Of a stretch of 64,000 bases of DNA, positions 50,590 to 64,000 are shown in pieces (the stretch's first letter is position 1; every line of letters starts with the position of its first letter). A program made the translations under genes and the position numbers. The notes under the pieces are model-generated. The model was not told where the DNA came from. It saw only the letters and a program-made list of their open reading frames with translations, and did not search any database. Source of the stretch: the human T2T-CHM13v2.0 reference genome, Homo sapiens; the NCBI RefSeq assembly GCF_009914755.1, contig NC_060932.1; one strand, written 5' to 3'.

Positions 50590-52070
50590 TATTTTTAAAT
50601 AACATACCATAACATTCACCCTTTTAAAGTGTACAATTTGGGGTTTTTAGTATATTCCCAGAATTGTGCAAAAATCACTGCTATCTAATTTCAGAACATT
50701 TTCATCACACCAAAAAGAAACCCCACACCTATTAGCAAACAACTCCCCTCCTCCAGCCCTGGCAACCATTACTTTGCCTTCTTTATGGATTTGCCTTTTC
50801 TGGACATTGCACAGAAGTAGAATTATATTTGTATGTGGCCTTTTGTGTCAGCCTCCTTCACTTAGCAAAATGTTTTTGAAGGTCATCCATGTCATAGCAT
50901 ATATCAGTACTTCATCCTTTTATTTTTTTAATCACTGAATACTAGTTCAGTGTATGGATTTATATTTTGTTTATCCACTTATCATTTGATGGACAATTGG
51001 GTTGTTTTCCCTTTTTGGGTATTAATGAATGCTGTGACAAACATTTATGTTCAAGATTTTGTGTGGATATGTTACTTCTCTTGGGCATATATCTAGGAGC
51101 AAAACTGCTGGGTCATATGGTCACTCTATGTTTAACCTTTTGAGGATGTGCCAGACTGTTTTCCAAAGTAATTGTATCATTTTACATTCCCACCAGTGGT
51201 ATATAAGGGTTCCAATTTCTCCAGATCCTTGCCAACACTGTCTTTTTCATTTTAGCCATCCTAGTGGGTATGAGGTAGTATTTCTGATGTGCATTTCTCT
51301 AATGACTAATGACGTTAAGCGTCTTTTCATGTGTTCATTTGTATATCTTTGGAGAAACATCTATTCAAATCCTTTGCTCATTCTAAAACTTTTATTATTA
51401 TTGTTGTTGAGTTGTAAGAGTTCTTTATATATTCTGGGTATTAGCCCATAATCAGAAATATTTTCTCTCATCCATGGGCTGGGTTTCCACTTTCTTAATG
51501 GTGTCCTTTGAAGCAGAAAGTTTTAAATTTTGATGAAGTCCAATTTATCTGTTTTTTCTTTTGTTGTTCATGCTTTTGGTGTCATATGTAAGAATCCTTT
51601 GACAAATCCAAGGTCATGAAGATTTACTCTTGTCTTTTCTTCTAAGAGTTTTATAGTTTAGCTCTTACATTTAGGTCATTGATCCATTTTGAGTTAATTT
51701 TTAAATATGGTGTGAGGTAGGGGTCCAACTTCATTCCTTGGCAAGTGGCTATCCATTTGTCCCAGCACTGTTTGTTGAAGATTATTCTTTTTCCGCTGAA
51801 CTGTTCTGGCATCTTTGTTACAAATCAATTGTCCATATATGTAAGGGTTTATTTCAATTCTATTCCATTCATCTACATGTCCATCTTGATAACAGCACCA
51901 CACAACCTTCATTACTGTAGCTTTGTAGTATTAAGACTGGGGAGTGTGAGTTCTCCAGCTTTGTTCTTTGTCAAGATCATTTTGACTATTGTGTGTCCCT
52001 TGCATTTCCACGTGAATTTTAGTGGTTTATTTTTTATATTTAAATCTTTGCTGCATTTAGAGTTTGAGTG
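50590..52070 (-). mobile_element. L1MB-like 3' end (ORF2 C-terminus and 3'UTR)
   Basis: ttcacccttttaaagtgtacaat..., gatggacaattgggttgtttt, gtcccagcactgtttgttgaag. Confidence 0.85.
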
Positions 52071-55000
52071 TATGACTAGTCCATTGTTTTAACATAGTTT
52101 TTAAAAATTCCACCTTTGAAAAGTTATTTTATCAGCATTAAATGCATCTACTATTCCATACCACAGAGTAATCTACCCTTTTGCCAATAACACAGATTTA
52201 TTTAGATGTATAAAAGTTCCTGATACTTAGCAAAGCAAATCCCTTCTCATTAAAAATTTTTTTCCAGGTAATTTCTTGGCTGTTTTAATTATTCAAGATA
52301 AATTTCACTAGCTGTGTGCTCTCACCCCCACACCTAAAAACCCCTGATAAGGATATTACCAGAAGTGCAATATATTTATAGATTAACTTTTGAAGATCCT
52401 ATTTTTGGTTTGCTCATTCAGGGCCATATTTCTTTTCATTCATTCAAGCCTTTTTATCTCCCTTGGTCTTAAGGGTTTTTTTTTTTTTTTTCATATCCAT
52501 CTCCTCTACATTTATTTCGTTAAATATTAAGATCCCAAAATAACACATGTGAAGTTTTAGCTCTATACATGTCTTAGGTTCATTCCATGAAGTTTTATAT
52601 TTTTGGTTATACTGTAAATGGGATTCTCTGTTTCATTTTATCTTCCTGGCACATTTACTCTGAAACCAGTCACCATGTCTACATACTTCATTTATATAGC
52701 CTAAGAAATTCAACTGGAAAAGAAGAAAAATAACTAATTAGGCTTTCCAGGTAGACAGTCTTAGGGTATGAAAATATGATAAAATTCATCTTTTTCCCCA
52801 ACATTTACACCTATTTATTGCCTTATGTTATTGCATTAGCTTGAAGTTATAGAAAATGTTTCCGACTTTGGTAAGAATGCTTTACATCTGATCCCTCACT
52901 ATCAAATATGAAAGCAGCTATTCTTGATTTCAGCCAGGAACGTTCCTAACAGTAAGAAAATATCTTTCTGTTCCTAGTTCACTAAAAGGTACAAATATTA
53001 GGTTTTTGAATTCCACCAATGCCTTTCACCATGCATTTAGATGACCAGTTTGTTCTCCTATAACCTATTATTGTGTTGAACGGTGTAAACATATTTCCTA
53101 ATATTGAGCCATCCTTTCATTACTTAAGTAAACTCTGCTTGGTAAAGGGTACAGGCTAATTAACTCTGATGTGTGAATGTCCTGCTTTCTGATTATGACA
53201 CACAGCACCTCAAGGGCAAGGACTGAATGTCATGCTTCTTGGCAACCCCTGTTAAGTACTGTACTAGGCACAGTGCTATTTTCAACTTTTCACTGAATGA
53301 GGACACATTTGTTAAGGGCCACCTTTGTTCCAAATACTATGCTAGGTTCTAGGGATATCAGGATGAACGAGGCAGATTCCTTCTATGATCTCATGCAGCT
53401 TATAGTCTAGTTCTGTGCACATAGTAAGCACCGGATGAATAATTAAATGAATGACTAAAATAAGCGCATTGCCCAAGGGGCCTGTAAAATAACATGCTCT
53501 GACTTAAGGTTCCTGAAGAAAGCTACTCTTAGGTAATGCTACATAAAGAACAAAGAAAGGTAGTATCATTGTCTTTGGGCTCCCAATCCTTGTGTAACCA
53601 AAAAACAAAACAAAACACAAACAAAAAACCCCAAAAACCTAAAAAGAATACCCACCAGCGCTGGGGTCCAGCAACAGTACATTCAGTGGAGACCAAGAAA
53701 ATGGAGTGGGCCCTTGGCCTTGAAAGCAAAGCCTGACGAAGTTATTGGAGTACGATGGGTCAAGGGAAAATACTTTACAGAGCCCAAGAGGATATATGAA
53801 AGGAGAAGAGGCTGCTGGGTTTATTCCGAGGCTGCCAAATGGCAGAAGTGAACCCACTCTGCCAGAGAAGTCGGCAAAAAACTGGGCAGATGCCCTGATG
53901 TAAAGATCAGATTCTCCCTGCGATGAAATGGAGTATTCCTGCAGGAAGTGGTGAAAGGTGGCAAGGAAGGGAGAGTGAGAGGAAAGGCAACACAACTGCA
54001 CTTCAGCAGGCTCTTGTACCTCTTCTTCCCTTGAGTCCCCATTTCATCCCCGTGGGTCTCCCACTGCAGGCACAGGGGACTTCCTTAGGAGAAGCAGCTG
54101 CTTTGGAGGGCATGGGGCAACAGCGACAGTGTCACAGCCTGAGAGCAGCAGCCTTGGTACTGCCAGGTCACAGCAGCCCGGGGTTGGCAGTGCTCCAGGG
54201 CAGGAGGCCCAACTGGGCTTCGGGACTCTCCTCCCTCCTCCTCACACTTGCCTCAGTGCTCCCCTTGGAATCAGGGGCGTGGGCAGAGAGCCAGAGTGAA
54301 GACAAGGCTTGCTCCCCAGAGCGTCTCTGAGTTCTGGAAGAAATTAAGAGGGTTCTGCGCTCTCTGCCTCTGGAGTAGGAGTCCTTGATTGGTTCTGCTT
54401 CCCATTCCATAAATATGAGCACCAGAGGGCAGGAGAAGAGATATTTTAGTCTCAGCAACAAAATGGAGAAAACATTTCTTTCAACCCTCCTCTTCTCCAA
54501 CCCCCAACTGCCCCACCGCAAAAAAGAAAAAAAGTTCTGTGTGTACGGAGGGCAAAGGGGGGAAAGATTCTATTTTCTTTCATAATAAAGAAAAAGTCAA
54601 CAGGATGTTCTCCAAAGCTACAAATATACTTTTTCAAACAGTAAATATCTCTATTAGCAGCATGATGCCAGTTGGCTAATTCTGTCTGTCTCAGTAAAAC
54701 CTTTCCAAAAAAGCCCCTGCTCTTGTGTAATGTCTATTTACAAAAACAGCTCTTTTGCATTTTCAATTTGCTAGGTTTCTCCATCTTTTGTTTCCTCACT
54801 CCCTCTGCAGAGGCAGAGATAAAAGGCAGGCCCAGATGGCAGTTGGGGAGGGATCCCCTGGTCACCCCAGAACCCTAAACCTGCTTCCTGGGTCTTTGCT
54901 TGGCCTCCAGAATCCTACTAAACATGGATAAGCCTAGGCCTGGCTTGGGGATGGAAAGAACCCTGGAGTGATTCAGTCTGCCCCACCCCTTATCTTTCTG

Positions 55001-55899
55001 CTATCTCTAGCTGGGCAAGAGACCCACAGTTTTGGGGGCGAGGGAGGTAAGGGAGGTGAGAATGGAGGGAGGGCTGAGCAAAGAGTAGGCGGTGGTGGTT
55101 GATAGTGGCTGAAATCCTGGCTCCCCGGTGAGTGGTCTGGGCCTGAGTCACTGTCTCGGCAAGAGCAGGAAGGTGGGCGAGAGGCAGCAGCTCCAGCAGG
55201 CTGGAAGGACAAGCCCCTCCCCCGGGGCCTTCTGTTACTCTATCCTTGGGTTGCTGCCTGCTCTGGCCTGAGGCCCCACAAGGCCACCACCACCTTAACG
55301 GTGGGAGAGAAACAACAGAGAGCCAGAGCCGGGGCAGGGCTTATCGAGAGCCATCTAGGTCCGGCAGAACAGCTGCTGGTTGGATGCCATCCTCTGTGTC
55401 GGGCCAGCTGGCCACAATGCCAAAGGCCAAGGAAAGTTCAGCCTGAGCAAGGCGGAGACCCCAGGAAAGAGGGACATGAACTGAGCTGGAAATCAGTCCT
55501 TTCCAGTGCCTATGACCACAGCCTCCAGCCCCACCTCAGTCCTTTCTCTAAATTAGCTTGATCCAAAACCAGAACACACAGAAATTGACCCCGACCCGCC
55601 AACAGTCCGAGGAGGTATGTGTGTGTTTAAAAATAAAAGGGATGACTGTGACTTGGCGGTTTGTGACTTGGACCAGAACAATCTTCCAGCTCAGCTGTGA
55701 TCCCTCCTTCCCCACCGCTCCACAGGCTGACCTCTGAAAAGTAAAGACAGAATGAAGCACACAACGTTAAGTCACACGAGAGCTGGGCGATCATCTCATC
55801 AAAGCAACCACTTATTGAGCATCTACTATTGCCAGACTCTGCACAGGCACTGCTGATACATCCGTTTATTTGAAGTGTCCACTCCTGCACTTCACAGGA

Positions 55900-56130
55900 G
55901 AAACAGCGCAGTAGATCAGGGGATGGGCCCTGGAGCCAGACAGCTGGGGTTCAAAACCTCACTCTGCCTATTACCAGCTGTGAGACTCTGGGCAAGTGAC
56001 CTCACCTTCCTGTGTCTCCGTCTCTTTATCTATAAAATAGGATGGAAAATAATTTACTCATCTTCTAGGGTCGCTATGAAGGTTAAACGAGTTTAATGCT
56101 TAAAACAGATCTTGACACACAGTAAGCAGT
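55900..56130 (+). mobile_element. MIR SINE
   Basis: ctggagccagacagctggggttcaaa...gggcaagtgacctcacc...tctataaaatagga. Confidence 0.8.
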
Positions 56131-57124
56131 CTGTTTTTTTGCGAAGGTAGTAGTGGTATTTTGATGACGACGACCAACCAGGTCCAGAAGGGGTGACTTG
56201 TAAGAAGTTACAGAGATTAAGTATACTCACCCCCCAAGAATGGTTAGGAAACCTGAAATTATTTTTTTGTTTTGGGGGCAAACAGCTGTCCCATACCGTG
56301 ATGCACCACCACCAGGCCCAAGTGATAAGTCTGCCTAAATTTGAGTGGCAACTTCCCCCCAAATAGTGAAAGGATTTTGACAAAAGTGTGGAGGCCGACA
56401 GAGCACCTAAGAGAGGAAGGCAGGCAACTCAAGGAGGCAAGTTTGGATTTTCTTTGCAGCCCCTTAAGAAGATCCTAATATCTGACAGACAAGTAATCAC
56501 CGATTCTCATTCTAGTCTGTAAGGTAAGAAGGGGTAGAAAATGGGTTTGCATTTGGAGGTGAAAGGCTTGTCCTGCGGACTCCGCAAGGAGAGCACCTCT
56601 ACTGGCCTCATCTCCATTCCGATGGGCTGACAGTGGCTTAGACTCTGAGAGCACCAGACCGGCTGTTTAGCTTCTGAGGTACCATCTTTAATCTCACCTT
56701 TGCTCCTGTCTCTTACCAATCAGCAATTATAAAGAGCTCTCACACTACCTTTTTCCTCTTCTCTGCTGAAAGTTTGGCCCCTAGAAAGCAAGAGGTAGAA
56801 GGAAGATGGCTGGATGGAAACTGACTTCTAGGCCCCCTCCCTACATCGTCCCCATCCCGTGGGGCAGGGGCGGGGGGCGCGGGCAAACGTTCTCTTGCTA
56901 TGGAAAGTGAGGTCTGCCCCAGCAATGGTTTAAAAATTAAAAAAATATGAAATATTGTAAATACACAAAAAATACAGGGAATATATAATAAATACTCATG
57001 TATCCACCACTTGGCTTTGTCAAATTCTAACGAAGCCATGCTTGCTTTAGATATTATTATTTAAGCAACAAAACAGTACAGATGCTGTTCAGGCTCCCTG
57101 AGTATCGCACCCTGAGATTGTATT

Positions 57125-57436
57125 TCTTTCTTTTCTTTTTTAACTTAGTTTTTTTGAGACAGGGTTTCCCTCTGTATCCAGGCTGAGGTGCAGTGGTGTG
57201 ATCATAGCTCGCCGCAACCTTGAATTCCTGGGCTCCAGCAGTCCACCTGCCTCAGCCTGCTGAGTGCTGGGACTACAGGCTTGCACCACTACCCCTGGCT
57301 AATTTTTAATTTTCTTTTTGTAGAGACAGTCTCACTACGCTCCCCAGGTTAGTCTCCATCTCCTGGACTCAAGCGATCCTCCCGCCTTGGCCTCCCAAAG
57401 TGCTGGGATTATAGGCATGAGCCACCTCGACTGGCC
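57125..57436 (-). mobile_element. AluJ
   Basis: Antisense dimer. Confidence 0.9.
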
Positions 57437-57604
57437 CCTGAGATTCCATTTCCTTCTCTCCTTGTTATCCTAGAGTAACCACTATTCTAAATTTAGTACT
57501 ATTCCCATACTTTTACTGTATAAGTTTAAGTCCATATGCAAAATATAGTATTGCCTTATAGGTCTAATGTTTACATAAATAGTACAATGTTGAATGTATC
57601 ATTC

Positions 57605-57909
57605 TTTTTTTTTTTTTTTTTTTTTTTGAGATGGAGTCTCGCTCTATCACCCAGGCTGGAATGCAGTGGCATGATCTTGGCTCACTGCAACCTCCGCCTC
57701 CTGGGCTGAAGTGATTCTCCTGCCTCAGCCTCCCTAGTAGCTTGGATTACAGGCGTGCACCACCACGCCTGGCTAATCTTTGTATTTTTAGTAGAGATGG
57801 GGTTTCACCATGTTGGCCAGGCTGGTCTTGAACTCCTGACCTCAAGTGATCTGCTTGCCTTGACCTCCCAGAGTGTTGGGATTACAGGTGTCAGCCACCG
57901 TGCCCAGCC
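57605..57909 (-). mobile_element. AluS
   Basis: Antisense dimer flanked by tacaatgttgaRtgtatca direct repeats. Confidence 0.93.
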
Positions 57910-58036
57910 TACAATGTTGAGTGTATCACTCTTATTTATTTGAATGTATCATTCTGAAGCTAGCTTTTTACATTCAGCATTACATTCTTGAGATTTGCCC
58001 ACACTGGTACATACAGCTCTATTTTACCCATTTTAA

Positions 58037-58346
<310 letters not shown>

Positions 58347-59106
58347 CATAACATATCATCATGTAAAGACATCACAATTTATTTCCCCATTCTCCAGAGG
58401 CTGGGCATCTGCACATGACGATGCCCCTCACACTCCTGGCATGTGTCCCCTGCTGCATGGAGGTATGGGAGTTTCTCTAGGGTAGGGGACAGCCACTGTT
58501 CCAACTCCAAAATCTCCAATATACACCCCCTCCTGCAGTGTATGTGAATTCCTACTATTCCTCACCCTCAGATACTTGGCATTGTCAGGCTTTAAAATTT
58601 CTGCCAGTCTGATGGCTGTGAAACAGCATCTCATTGTTGGTTTAATCTGTTTTTCCTGATTACTAATAGGACCAAACATCTTTACATGAGCTTTTGTTCA
58701 CTTGGGTTTTCTTTTCTGGAAAGCAATTGACAGTTTTCAAATCTATGGAATAAGTTCTTATAAAGAACTCAGCCAGTGTTCTTTACAGCTGCCCCTTCTG
58801 TTATTTTTTATTAACCCAGTGAAACAACCAAATACACAAGTAACCCTATCTTCAGTTGCTGGAGTCAAAGGTGTTAGCTTATCGTCTGAGTATTTGTAAT
58901 GATACTCTTAGACAGATGGTTTTCAAACTTGAGGTCTTTGCAGAACATCTATCACTCAAAGGTCATTTAAACTGCTACACAGTCTTCCATTATATACATA
59001 GATCAAAATCAGTCATGAAATTAAAAAATCATATGCACTCACCTCAGGAAGAAAAAAAGAAAAAAAAAGTCAACTGAGGTGGGTCATTCTTTAAAAAAAC
59101 AAACAA

Positions 59107-59436
<330 letters not shown>

Positions 59437-59542
59437 TCAAACTTTTATTTCAAGTATAAGTGTGTGTGTGTGTGTGTGTGTGAGTTGTGATATCAAAGGT
59501 ATTTCTAACTGTGAGTTGTGTTCAAAAAATTGTGGAAACTAG

Positions 59543-59713
59543 TCCAGGTGTGGTGGCTAACACTTATAGTCCCAGCCACTCAGGAGGCTAAGGCAGAAGG
59601 ATTGCCTGGGCCCAGGAGTTTGAGACTGTGGTGAGCTGTAATTGCACTACTGCACTCCAGCCTGGGCAACAGTGAGACCCCCCGATTTGTTTAAAAAAAA
59701 AAAAAAAAAAAAA
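59543..59713 (+). mobile_element. FRAM / Alu right monomer
   Basis: Single right monomer with an A tail. Confidence 0.85.
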
Positions 59714-59719
59714 AGGAAA

Positions 59720-60330
59720 CTATTGTCCAAGTTAGCATCCTTGGCTCCATTTTTTCTCTTCTGAGTTATCCTGCAGGCCACTGCCAAAATAATCTGACTA
59801 AATCATTGCTTTGGCCATGCCACTTCCCTGCTCAAAAGCCTTCAATTTCCAAAAGCCTAGGCTCAATTTCAAGTCCTCAGCATGGCACTGAAAGCACTAT
59901 ATAACGTGGCCCTGAGGTGGAGTGCCAATTCTCCCCAATGCAGCCTCTACCCAAACCACTACTTACCACCTCCAAGCTGGCCTCCTGACAGTCCGCACAA
60001 ACACTCTTGACGCATTCTGACTCCACACACCTTTTTCATGCCATGCTTCTTACCTGGATCCTTCTCTCCCTCCCACTGAAACAGCACGTATTTGCTAAGT
60101 CAAGGTTCAGTTAAAATTACATCTGCTTCAAGTCTTTCTTGATGATGCCATACTGACATTTAGTGATCGGCTGTCCTTTTGAATCCCTAGCACTTTCCAT
60201 ACACCGGCTGAAGATAGAGATCGACTCATGCAAGTCTTTTAAATGTTCCTCAACATTTAGCACAGACTTTTGCACATTATAAATGTTGAACAAGCATTAA
60301 ATCAACAAATATTTGTTGAGCACCATGTAT
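59720..60330. mobile_element. L2 fragments
   Basis: catgccacttccctgctcaaaagccttcaat, caacatttagcacag, caacaaatatttgttgagcacc. Confidence 0.6.
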
Positions 60331-61189
60331 GTGCATCACACTATACTGGGCCCTATTTGATGGATTAGCCACCAAAATCATGAGTTTGGGAAAACAATTC
60401 TAATAGGTTTAACAGCTGACTCTAAAGCTTACTCCGACAGATTTCCTTAAAGAGTATAATACATATAACACCTCTGACTAAGTAGCTGTGGGACTCAAGA
60501 CACTTGACTCTTTCTGACTGCTCCAAGATCTGGAAGAAATCCTTCTCCTCTCATTAAACGCCTGAAATAAGAGCAAGCTCACATACAGAATCTCACAGAC
60601 ATTTTATAGGGCCCCTGTCTTCAAGGCATTACTATGCTCTCCACAGAGGAAGAAAAGCTTGGTGTGTCCAAAGTCACAGAGGACATGAGTGATGAGGCTG
60701 CCTTAGGCAGGGGCCCCATAGGTGGAAGAAGCTGAGCCAGTTACAGAACACCTAGAGGTCTGCAGGACACAAGGACTTCCTCTATCACTTATGTGTGAAG
60801 ACTGTCAACTCCCTGTGATTCACTACCAACCTGCTAGTGTCAACACACCTTAGCAAAGTGAAACTCCGTGATCCAATCAGCTTGGGAATGGTCTGCTACT
60901 CTTCTAATATTCCTGATCATGGGGACAGAATACTCAGGAGACACATTTTAGTTCTAGTTCTTCCAGGTACTAGCTGAGTGAATTCTAGTAAGTTACCAAG
61001 GGGGATCATAAGACTGCACTGCTTGCGCAGACATAAGCATGAAGTCAGACAAAGGACGGGAAAGCCATCTGAAAAGTTAGAAGCACTCTACACATGTGAG
61101 ACAGCAACGGTAATCATAGGGGAAAGGACTTCACTGAGAAAAAAACTGAATAATGGTTTTGTTTGACCCAGAAGTTTACCTTCTTTATA

Positions 61190-62030
61190 TTCCATTCATT
61201 TAACAATTACCTGTTAGATACCCACTATGTGCATGATACCCACTATGCGTACAAAAAGATGAAGAAGCTCTATGTCGCTCCTGTTCTCATGGGGTTGGTG
61301 TGGAAGGGAGGTGTACGTCTGTGATACTCAGAAGGATGCAGAAGTGCTACAGGAGAAGCACTATGGAAGTACAGAAGAAACCCAGCAAAGCACTTTGGAG
61401 TGGAGGATCAGAAGGAGTGGGGAGGAGAAATCACAGGCAGCCTGACCTGGAAGCCACTTGTGTCGGTCAATTTAACAATAGTACTTTCAGAGGCTCTTCA
61501 TTTTAGGAAGTGGTTTGTAGGTTCTGCAAGTTTTTATCTTAACATTTTTCCTGAGCTGAGGCAAGTCAGGAAAAGGGAAAAAAGGCCCCATTCATATATT
61601 TAATAAACACTTCCTGACTGCCAGGAACAGTGCTAGGGAATAGCAATGACCACAAGACAGTCCCCATACTCAAGAACTCACAGACAAGTAAACCAGCCAG
61701 CGGAGTACAGATGCTGATGAAGGTCAGAAGAGCGGCACCCAGTGCAGCATGGCAGGGTGTGAGGGGCCACTCAGGGAAGACCCTCAGAGAAGGTGAAGCG
61801 TGGCCTGACTCTTGAAGGATGAGTAGATGCTGGCCTAGTGGACAGGGTGTGAGTGAAGGGGAAACATTTCAGGCAGAAGGGACAGTTATCCAGAGGCACA
61901 TGGGCACGAGAGAGCAGGAGAAGCTTGGAGGATGGAACACACGGAGTGAAGATGGACAGCCAGGCCCAGAGGGCCTCAGAAGCCCTGGCCCAGAGTTGGG
62001 CCTCTATCCTGAAGATGATGGCAAGGGACT
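61190..62030. mobile_element. L2 fragments
   Basis: attcatttaacaattacc, tgccaggaacagtgctaggga, gggaaacatttcaggcagaagggacag. Confidence 0.55.
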
Positions 62031-64000
62031 ACAGGGTGAAAACAGGAAAGAAACAAAAAGGATCAAACATGAGGAACACCAAAGTGTGAAGGGCAGACAG
62101 AGGTAGAAGACCCCGGAAGAGTCAGAAAAATATCACTCCACTCATTTCACAGCAGGCTCAGGTGGCAAATTGTCAGCAGGAATGGCCACTCCATGCTACA
62201 GATGGAGAAACTAAGACAGAGAACAGCTCAATGCTTGACCAGGCCGCACTGTGAGTGGCTGAGCCAGAACCTGAACGCAGCACTCTAACTCCTACTCACA
62301 CTTACCTGCTCTGCCTCTAATTTCCTTCCTTTTTGTCAAACTACTGGACCCCTAGGTATAGGGAGATTTCTTCCAGTACTCCCTTTTCCTCCTCGTTTAA
62401 GCCTAAAATCATCAAGGTGTATGGTTCAACAGGAGGCTACAATTCCTGGAGCCAGCTTAGATTGAGGTCACTATTCTTAATTCTACTTAATCCTCTCTCC
62501 ATACCATAATAAAGCCACCTGAGTATACACTGGAAGATGGGGAAGAGAGACAGGAAGGGGAAAAGGGAGACAAGAGGGAGACAGAAATAGGGAGGGAGGG
62601 GGTGAGTGGGGAGGAGAGGAGAGAAAGTTGGGAGGGGGGCAAATGGCGGGGGGAGGTGGGGTGGACAATGGGAGAGAAAAAGAGAGCGAGAGAGAGAGAA
62701 GCATTTGGCTTGAGGCCAAGAAGTGAATCTGTGATCTGAGATGTGAATATCAAATGCCTTCTTCCTAGTAGGACAGACCACCGGGTCACTTTTCTGAAAG
62801 GCAGATGGGTGTATGGGGAGTGGATGGGTAGATGGTGCAGGAAGGCAGCAGGTACCCACTAAACAAACAGGGGGTGGGCGGGTTGCCTGCACAGAGGAAG
62901 CAGAGAACAAAGGCCTCTCACTCTTCATGCAAAGTCCACAGTGTGCAAAGGGCATCAATATTGGACATTTCTCACTGTGACATTTTGAAAGCTCAGCCTA
63001 GCCCAGAACAATGGTTACCCTCTGGGGACCATGGGCCATGTGCCTTATTTAATGATGGCTTGGCACAGCCCATGTACTTGGTGAACTTGACCTTGGGCAT
63101 CAGCCTCCCATGATGGCTCTACGTCACTCTGGTCTCTTCCCCTAATGAGAATTCCAGTCTCACATGAATGGATGGATTCATTCTGGGGGCAGGAAAACCA
63201 CTCAGGGAGTGAATCAGAAGGACCCAGCCCCGGTCTCCTTGCCAGCCATTGAGCTAGGAACTGAGTGTGATTGTGTGCCCAGGCGCCGGTGCTGTTCCCG
63301 TCTTTGAGAGACAGGGTCAGGGTCCACGCAAGAGATGACGTAGAAGCCCTTTAAGGGGGAAGAGAAAGGAATCTCAGCTTTGAGGGACAAAGCCACCCTT
63401 CTGGCTGTGACTCTCAGTCCAAGGAGATACCAAGATGTGCATGTACTGGTAAATTAAAGCTACTAGATGAAAATCTCAGCTCTTGTTAGACAGTTGTCAA
63501 TCTCAATTCTCTCCAACCTGACAGGATAACCTTTAAGGAATGGGCTACTATTTTTTCAGAAGGGAAACTTTCTGTGAGACAGGTGGAAACAACCTGCTTC
63601 GGATCACCCAGAGAATCATTTACCTTTATTAGTTTCTGCTGTGCTCTTCTCCCAACTTGTGAAGGAAAGATTGGTTCAGTAAAGGCCAATCTAGGCAATA
63701 TAAAGCATCTGTACTGCCTCATTTTCACTTTGAAAAATTAGGTAAGAACACTCCAAAGATTCAAGACGCAGCAGCCAAAAGGATATCTATATTGCAAGAC
63801 TGGGGGGCCCAGAATGACACTGAAAGGACGTAATTCCTCTGGGAAAGGGAACTGAAGAATTGCCGCTTTGCCCACCACTAACTAGGTTATAACAAGACAG
63901 GGAAGGTAGCTTTTTAAGGCTCCAGCCCCTTATTGGCCTCCTGGAGCAAATGGTGGAGGGAAAAGCAGAAGCTCCTGCCGGGGCTTATTAGGACATTGCT

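Overview
Human genomic DNA, recognised from the encoded proteins as the 8p21.3 CCAR2/BIN3 locus. The + strand has a CpG-island/ETS promoter and the complete CCAR2 (DBC1/KIAA1967) gene: a non-coding exon 1 plus 20 coding exons that splice in frame to 923 aa, including one GC-AG intron. The - strand has coding exons 2-9 of BIN3 (253-aa BAR protein; exon 1 lies beyond the right edge), convergent with CCAR2. The rest is intronic and rich in Alu, L1, L2, MIR and DNA-transposon remnants. I found no convincing new protein-coding gene or multi-gene system; the non-exonic ORFs in the track look like GC-rich or Alu-derived noise. The best leads are non-coding and untested: (i) a ~200-bp-arm non-Alu inverted repeat in BIN3 intron 4; (ii) UG-repeat-adjacent cryptic 3' splice sites in both genes, one with an AG|GT recursive-site/17-nt poison micro-exon layout; (iii) an in-frame 18-nt BIN3 micro-exon candidate; (iv) a bidirectional poly(A)-signal patch between the genes; (v) a tailed tRNA-Gly retrocopy with TSDs; (vi) a young AluYb9. 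Repeat boundaries and subfamily names were judged by eye and are approximate.
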